The translations under genes and the position numbers were made by a program. Below, piece by piece: positions 31,647 to 32,000 of a DNA stretch of 32,000 nt (the stretch's first letter is position 1; each line of letters starts with the position of its first letter). The notes under the pieces are model-generated. The model was not told the DNA's origin. It was given only the letters and a program-made list of their open reading frames with translations, and did no database searches. Source of the stretch: an uncultured Actinomycetes bacterium (GTDB lineage Bacteria; Actinomycetota; Actinomycetes; S36-B12; CAIYMF01); the NCBI GenBank assembly GCA_963843975.1, contig CAWJMG010000003.1:720001-752000 (forward strand). The letters are read 5' to 3'.

Positions 31647-31652
31647 ACCCTA
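31647..31652 (-). promoter_or_regulatory. -10 hexamer TAGGGT upstream of the FKBP lipoprotein gene
   Basis: The minus strand reads gggtTAGGGTcggggatcATG, with an 8-nt spacing. The GGGGA could alternatively act as a very short-leader SD. Confidence 0.3.
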
Positions 31653-31713
31653 ACCCGATCCGACGGCCTTTCCGTGCACGGGACCCCGGCCGAGGGCCGG
31701 TGCCCGGAGACGG

Positions 31714-32000
31714 TCACATGCTCGCGATGAGCTTCTCGACGCGCTCGTCGACGGAACGGAACGGGTCCTTGCAGAGCACGGTGCGCTGCGCCTGGTCGTT
31801 GAGCTTCAGGTGGACCCAGTCGACGGTGAAGTCCCGGCGACGCTCCTGCGCCTTCTTGATGAACTCCCCGCGCAGCTTGGCCCGCGTGGTCTGCGGCGGC
31901 AGCGTCTTCGCCTCGAAGATCGGCAGGTCGCTGCTCACCCGTGCGACGGCACCGCGCTTCTCCAGCAGGTAGTAGAGGCCCCGGCTGCGGGTGATGTCGT
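31714..32000 (-). CDS. pafA: Pup-protein ligase PafA, C-terminal fragment (5' end outside the window)
   Basis: The frame is open to the window edge: ...[94 protein letters not shown]. This is near-identical in pattern to the mycobacterial PafA C-terminus. Confidence 0.85.
   Translation of the reverse strand, partial: DITRSRGLYYLLEKRGAVARVSSDLPIFEAKTLPPQTTRAKLRGEFIKKAQERRRDFTVDWVHLKLNDQAQRTVLCKDPFRSVDERVEKLIASM

Noticed and set aside
1-32000. CRISPR arrays, tRNA/rRNA genes, IS transposases, toxin-antitoxin or known defence systems
   Set aside because: There are no short regularly spaced repeats and no tRNA-like T-arm or anticodon architecture. No ORF resembles a transposase, integrase, Cas protein, restriction-modification enzyme or known abortive-infection protein. 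The only exception is the AbiEi-like HTH region fused to the DUF559 nuclease.

Overview
High-GC actinobacterial chromosomal window (about 70% G+C judged by eye, not computed). It is densely coding, and all but three genes sit on the minus strand. There are no rRNA genes, tRNA genes or CRISPR arrays.

From left to right:
(1) fxsA, ppm1 and lnt, then a DinB-like gene and yciO. This is the same neighbourhood as M. tuberculosis Rv2051c-Rv2053c.
(2) A lysine to beta-lysine to 3,5-diaminohexanoate catabolic cluster. kamA on the plus strand diverges from a tightly coupled minus-strand operon: kdd, amidohydrolase, kamD, kamE, a kal-like hotdog gene and two small membrane proteins. kamD carries one frameshift and the embedded amidohydrolase carries two.
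(3) A DUF559/Vsr-like nuclease gene with atypical codon usage, bracketed by two copies of a 50-nt palindrome. The unit exactly fills the spacer between the convergent kamA and a PAS-PAS-GGDEF diguanylate cyclase gene. This is my best candidate for something undescribed: an arrangement like REP/RAYT but with a different nuclease class.
(4) An LrpA-like regulator, an acyl-CoA dehydrogenase, an M24 peptidase, a VOC protein, a proline-rich membrane protein, a 5'-3' exonuclease, a GNAT and two orphan lipoproteins.
(5) The conserved Pup/PafBC-Tat-HelY neighbourhood: partial pafA, two FKBP genes, pafB, pafC, an extra zinc-ribbon ORF, tatA, tatC, dagK and helY.

Recurrent sequence-level signals:
- A TAGGGT-like -10 hexamer lies 6-8 nt upstream of six start codons, which suggests leaderless mRNAs.
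- Seven gene junctions have 4-nt ATGA/GTGA stop/start overlaps.
- Several strong GC hairpins are present, including a perfect 20-bp inverted repeat upstream of pafB and an RBS-sequestering hairpin in front of the cyclase gene.

All functional calls rest on my own reading of the translated ORFs. No database search was run.
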